Of a stretch of 64,000 bases of DNA, positions 58,515-64,000 are shown piece by piece. The stretch covers positions 312,751-376,750 of the forward strand of contig OZ316898.1 of assembly GCA_973895155.1 (NCBI GenBank), written 5' to 3'. The stretch is from Marsupella aquatica (lineage: Eukaryota > Plantae > Marchantiophyta). The position numbers and the translations under genes were made by a program. The notes under the pieces were generated by a model. It searched no databases. It was not told where the DNA came from and worked only from the letters and a program-made list of their open reading frames with translations. Each line of letters starts with the position of its first letter. The stretch's first letter is position 1.

Positions 58515-59210
58515 GACTCATGAGCCAAGGAGACAACTCCCAGCAAGGAGGCTAGGTGGCACCCAAATAAGCTCAACTGTCACAAATGGATCAAAAAAAT
58601 TCTACACACTTTCTTGAGATTCTAGGGTATTGATTCTTTGCAGAACGATTATACAACTTATGAAGGGTCAAGCAAGAAAATCCAACTAGATGCCTAAAAT
58701 CCAACCGCCTCTCCCCTATAAAAAATAGTGAAGGCCTATGCCTGCTGAAGCGCAATAGACACCTGCCATCTAACAAAGGTTGTGATAACAGACACCAGGG
58801 GGTAAGGCCTTTGCTCAACATAATGAACCGCACAAAAATGAAAGAAACGGTCAAAAGTTGGGTGAAACACCCCAAAGACCTCCATGGAAACAGGTAGAAA
58901 GGCCCCCCAATAATGCAAAGCATAAGCCTCCTCCTCAAGGCAAGTAGCCCTTGTTGAGCATAGACGACGATCGCAACGGCAAGCCCATGAACCATCCAAC
59001 GCACAATAGTCGACACAAGAGATACGTGGTTCACCTCCTTGAGACTACGTCCACGGGAACACACAAGAGAGCTTTACTGAACTCTAAGCCCGTCGGCTAT
59101 ACCGAGTCTCCACAGTGTAAGTTCTCCTTATCTCTCAAGTGGCTCCATAACAATGAGCCTTGGTTCTACCTCTCCAAGCACACATGCCTCTTATGATATA
59201 GTGTGCAACT

Positions 59211-59336
59211 TAGTTGTACCTAACCACATAGTTGTACCTAATCATGTAGTTGTACCTAACCACATAGTTGTACCTAATCACGTAGTTGTACCTAACCACG
59301 TAGTTGTACCAACCCACGTTGTTGTACCAACCACGT
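59211..59336. repeat. 18-bp tandem array (7 copies) in U3 of the copia B LTR
   Basis: TAGTTGTACCTAA(C/T)CA(C/T)(A/G) repeated. Confidence 0.92.
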
Positions 59337-59579
59337 CATACCTAACCTAGACGTAAGAGTAAATACCCAACAATCTTCCCCTTGACTCTGGTCTAGGGGA
59401 GAGTAATACTGCCAATGTATATGATCCCTCAGCGGGAAGTTCTGGACAAAAACCAAACCGGTTTCCCTCTCTAACTAGAGCAAACCAGAACTAAGCCGTA
59501 GCCTAATACATAGGAATGAGGAAGAGCATATATCAATAATTACAATGAATGTTAAGAAAACTCTACTTGTGATGCAATT

Positions 59580-62500
59580 GCAAAACTTGCAATACGTCAC
59601 GGTGTCTAGAGAAACTCTCCAAAGGAATCACTTTGGTAAATGCGTCAGCCGGGTTGAGTTTACCATCAATCTTGACTAGCTCAACAAATTATCAGACACA
59701 GCCTGCCTGATAAAATGGTACCTGACGTCAATGTGCTTCACTCTGCTGTCCATCACCTGGTTCACAGCAAGGTGGAGCGCACTTTGACTATCACAATGGA
59801 GCTTCACATTCCCCTGTGGCAATCCCATTTCAGTGATAAGTCTATCCAACCAAATCGCTTCCTTTGTTGCTTCCGCAGCTGCAACATACTCCGCTTCTGT
59901 AGTAGACTGAGCAATACACTTCTGCAAAGTAGACCTCCAACTTATGCATCCACCGCCAAGTGTGAACACGTATCCTGTTGTTGATCTCCTTCGGTCCAAA
60001 TCTTGTCCATACTCAGAATCAACATAGTCAATCATTGATTTAGCATTCTTTGCATTCGCATCAAATAAAAGACCATGATCCATGGTACCCTTCAAGTACC
60101 TGATAATCCACTTCACTGCTTCCTAGTGTACCTTCCCTGGATTCGATATGTACCTGCTCACCTTGCCCATAGCCATGGCAAGATCAGGTCTAGTGCAAGT
60201 CATCAAATACATGAGACTCCCCACTGCCTTATCATACGGAACCTTTGACATCAACCCCTTCTCTGTGTCATCCGTAGGACAGAACGCTGATGATAACTTG
60301 AAGTGTGGAGCCAACGGGGTACTTACTGGCTTGCTATTTCCCATGTTGAACCTTGCAATTACCTTCCTCGCATAACTGCTCTGCGTCAACCATAGCTTGC
60401 CAGCCTCCAAGTCCCTAGTGATCTCCATACCCAAAATCCTCTTAGTTGGCCCTAAGTCCTTCATCTTAAACTCTGCACTAAGCAGTGCCTTGAGCTTAAC
60501 AATCTCAGACCTATCCTTGGTTGCAATTAGCATATCATCCACATAAAGTACTAAAACAATGAACCCAAAGACAACATTTTTTACCGGTTTCAAATACACA
60601 CAAGGGTCAAATACACTTCTGTGAAAACCTTGTGACCGAATCCAATCGTCAAACCGCTTGTTCCACTGTCTTGGTGACTGCTTCAACCCATACAAGGATT
60701 TCAACAATCTACAAACCAATTCCTCCTGTCCTCTCTTCACAAAACCTAGCGGTTGTCTCATGAAGATCACCTATTCCAATGTGCCATAGAGGAAAGCTGT
60801 GACAACATCCATCTGATCTAGCAGCAGACCAAACATTACAACAAGTACACACAATAGTCGTATTGTAGAGTACTTAACAACTGGTGAGAAGACCTCATTG
60901 TAATCCACACCTTTCTCTTGTGTGAATCCCTTTGCTACCAACCTAGCCTTGTAGACCTTTGATCCACCTCCTATGGAATTATCCTTTAGCTTGTAAATCC
61001 ACTTGCTGTCCACCACTTGCTGACCCTTAGGCAGCTTAACAAGCTCCCAAGTTTTGTTGTCCTTTAGTGACTGTATCTCCGTTTGCATTGCTGCAGTCCA
61101 CTTCTGCTTCTCCTTTGAAGCACTTGCCTCATGAAATGAAGAAGGTTCCCCTTCTTCCAAAATTAACGCATCACCCTCATCATCAGCTGCAAAATCATCC
61201 TCTTGCAGTTGAGATGAATCAACCCATTGTCCATACCTTGGTGGAGCGCGTACAGTGCGACCAGATGTTCTTCTAGCCGATGACTCCGATTGATCTGCGT
61301 GTGCTGGTACAATTTGAAGCTCAACAGCATCCACTTGCTGCTCACCAGCATCAACAAACTCCTCTGGTTCCTCTAGCACAGGAACCAGCTCCATAATTGG
61401 AGCAACTCCTTCTCTCCGATCATGCACCTCATAACCAATCTCCCCCTCAACAAGATCCGGGATAGGAGATTTTCATTTGTCAGTACGGGAGACCTGAGTA
61501 TTCTCCGCCTTCTTCAATAATCTGGATTCATTGAAGAAAACATCCCTACTGACAACGAGCTTACAGGCAATAGGATCCCATAGCCTATAGGCTTTCACAC
61601 CACTCTGGTACCCAAGAAAAACACATTTCTTGGAGGTAGGATCCAACTTGGTCCTATTTTGCTTCGGTGTGAGAGCATATGCATCACTTCCAAAAACTAC
61701 CAAGCCATGATAGTCTGCTTGCCGCTTATAGCGCATCTCAAACGGCGTTTTGAAATTGATAGCACTAGAAGGAGAAAGATTTACCAAATAAGCTGCGGTA
61801 TTGACAGCTTCTGCCCAAAATTCTTGTGGTAAACCTGATTGGCTCAACATACTCCGTGACCGCTCCAACAGTGTCCGATTGAGCCTCTCAGCGACACCAT
61901 TCTGCTACGGAGTATAAACTGTGGTGAGATGATGAGTTATCCCCTGTTCTGAACAGTACTCTTCAAATTCCATTGAAGTGTACTCCCCGCCGTTGTCTGA
62001 CCTCAGACTCTTCACCCTTGTATCCAAATACTTGATCGTGTTTCCAATCTGATTCTCCACCTGGGCCTTCCACTTCTTAAAAATGGACAAGATATCAGAC
62101 TTATGCGTCATGAAATAAATCCACACAAATCTTGAGTAATCATCAATAAATGATACATAGTACAACTTTCCAGAGTGTGAGGGAGTCGGGGATGGACCCC
62201 ACACGTCACTATGTATGTACTCAAGAACCGCTTTGGAACGATGAGTTCTAACACCAAAAGCACGACGATGCTACTTTCCAAGAATGCAATGCTCACAAAA
62301 CTCTAATTTACAAGATTGCAAATCAGAAATGAGTCCATTCTTCCGTAAGATAGCCAAACCCTTCTCACTCATGTGGCCTAGCCGTGAATGCCACAGTTGA
62401 GTCATCTCCTCGTGAGATTTGGTTACATTGGCCTCTCCACATACAGTATTGCCCTGTAACACATACAAATTCTTTTGTCTACTCCCCTTCAAAATCACCG

Positions 62501-63875
62501 TCTCTCCCGACCTGACTTGAAGTTCACCATCAATAACGCTCCATTGATGACCATTTGAATCCAACACACCGAGTGAAATCAGATTCTTACGCATGCCAGG
62601 TACATACCTGACTCCGGACACTGTGCGCACAGCGCCATCAAACATTTGAATCTTCACAGACCCAATTCCCTCAATTTGACAGGAGTGATCATTTCCCATC
62701 AGAATTGAACCGTTTGAAACAGAGTAAGAACTGAAAAACTCACGAATGTAACAAATATGAAAAGAGCAAGCACAATCAAGAATCCACACATCATCTGCTC
62801 TCCTAGATAACGTGCACAGGGCATACCTCCGGCTTCATAAAACATACTCATCATTGAGTAAATCAGTTTCTCCATCAGCCCTAGCCACATTTGCCGATGA
62901 AGTTTCCGCTGCCTTTCCCTTACAGTCTCGTTTGAAGTGTCCAACTTGGTTGCACTTCCAACATGTCACCTGCCTCCTCTGAGGGGATTTACCCTTGGAC
63001 TTAGATCTGGATTTAGATCTAAACTGGGTTCTACGGTCCCTAGTTGGTCGCTGCATACTCCTCCCACGGTTAACATTGAGGGCAGCACCAGATGATGAAG
63101 GCTGTGACGTGATGTGCATCTTCTGCTGAAGATCATCACTAAGCAGAGAACTTACCACGTCATTGTATGAAATGGTATCCCTATCACGATGCAACAACAC
63201 TCGTGATAGGGACTGGTAAGATGGAGGCAATGAACTAAGAAGCTGCAGAGCCTTTGTCTCATCATTCAAAGTCTCCCCAAGGTTTTCCAAGTCAACGACC
63301 ATGTCATTGAAAGCATCCACATGGTCTTGCAACTTCGTACCGGATTCCTTCATCCTGAAACTCATCAGTTTGTAGGAAGTGTAGAGCCGGTTCGACAACT
63401 CCTTGCGGTGATACTTGCTCTGCAATTCCGCAAACAAGGACATGCAATCCTTATGTGCACCCAACTGCTTGATGATGGGAGGCATGAGATAGAGTGTAAC
63501 ACCACACACTCCCTGCTCCTGCATGCGGTCCCATTGTTTCTCATCAATATCGTCTTCACGAGGGCTCAGCAGTTGGCCCATCCCTGACGCATAGAGCACT
63601 CCCTTCACCTACTTCTCCCATAGCAAGTAGTCAGAGCGCCCATTATACTTTGTCACTTCATACTTGGGTCCCCCAAGCTTGAAAGTCCTTATCTTCTTCT
63701 TTGGCACTACCGTGAGCTCCGGTAGTAGTACTGCTTCCTCCACCACACGCCGCACCGGTGATGGTATCGGTGTCACGTGCTCTTCCTCCTGCTCCTCTCT
63801 CTGCCCCTGAAACCTCCGCGGTGATCCTCGTGCTTCAAGTTCCACGTCTTTGAAAAACTCCTCCGAATCACTCAT
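59580..63875 (-). pseudogene. Copia B gag and pol
   Basis: gag MSDSEE...LSNRLY...CWKCNQVGHFKRDC; pol WILDCAC, LRSDNGGEY, YKARLVAKG, LYVDDML, TTEAEY. Premature TAG codons at CAG and TGG positions. Confidence 0.93.
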
Positions 63876-64000
63876 ATGAGAAAATCACAAAAAATGTTGT
63901 TTTTCACAACTTCTCAAAAAACTCGAAACTCAACACCGCCGCGTAGCCCACAAAGCTAGGAGTCCAATACTGAAAACCAAAATCAAAATCAAAATTTGAC

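Larger units (their letters stand above)
58952..64000 (-). mobile_element. Ty1/copia element B (3' LTR 58952-59372; continues beyond the window), multiple stops
   Basis: The LTR shares its U5 side with the copia A LTR, and PPT GAGTCAAGGGGAAGAT is present. gag 63875-62835 and pol fragments 62834-~59580 show PR, INT, RT and RH motifs, broken by stops and frameshifts. Confidence 0.95.

Overview
Land-plant nuclear DNA, most likely a moss, judging from the PLS-DYW PPR type and spliced genes. The first 28 kb hold a disrupted PLS-E-DYW PPR gene, a 3-exon mitochondrial inner-membrane peptidase gene (IMP2-like) and an 11-exon aspartate-semialdehyde dehydrogenase gene (minus strand). Between them lie tandem repeats, Helitron-like ends and decayed Ty1/copia fragments. 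From 29.9 kb on, the window is a nested retrotransposon island. A Ty1/copia element (29933-58514, TSD GACTC, gag mostly deleted) is split inside RT by a 24.2-kb Ty3/gypsy insertion (31355-55585, TSD GCCTT), and a second copia follows. The gypsy is the standout. It has three 4015-bp LTRs and two intact 2000-aa gag-pol ORFs (LTR-int-LTR-int-LTR, period 10108 bp). Each LTR contains, just downstream of its TATA box, a 2649-nt sense ORF (882 aa, intact in the last LTR), so the LTR itself looks like a self-contained protein-coding gene. Diagnostic SNPs show the middle LTR is a 3'LTR/5'LTR chimera, pointing to unequal crossover after insertion. Two diverged copia families also share an in-frame TGA at the gag/pol boundary.
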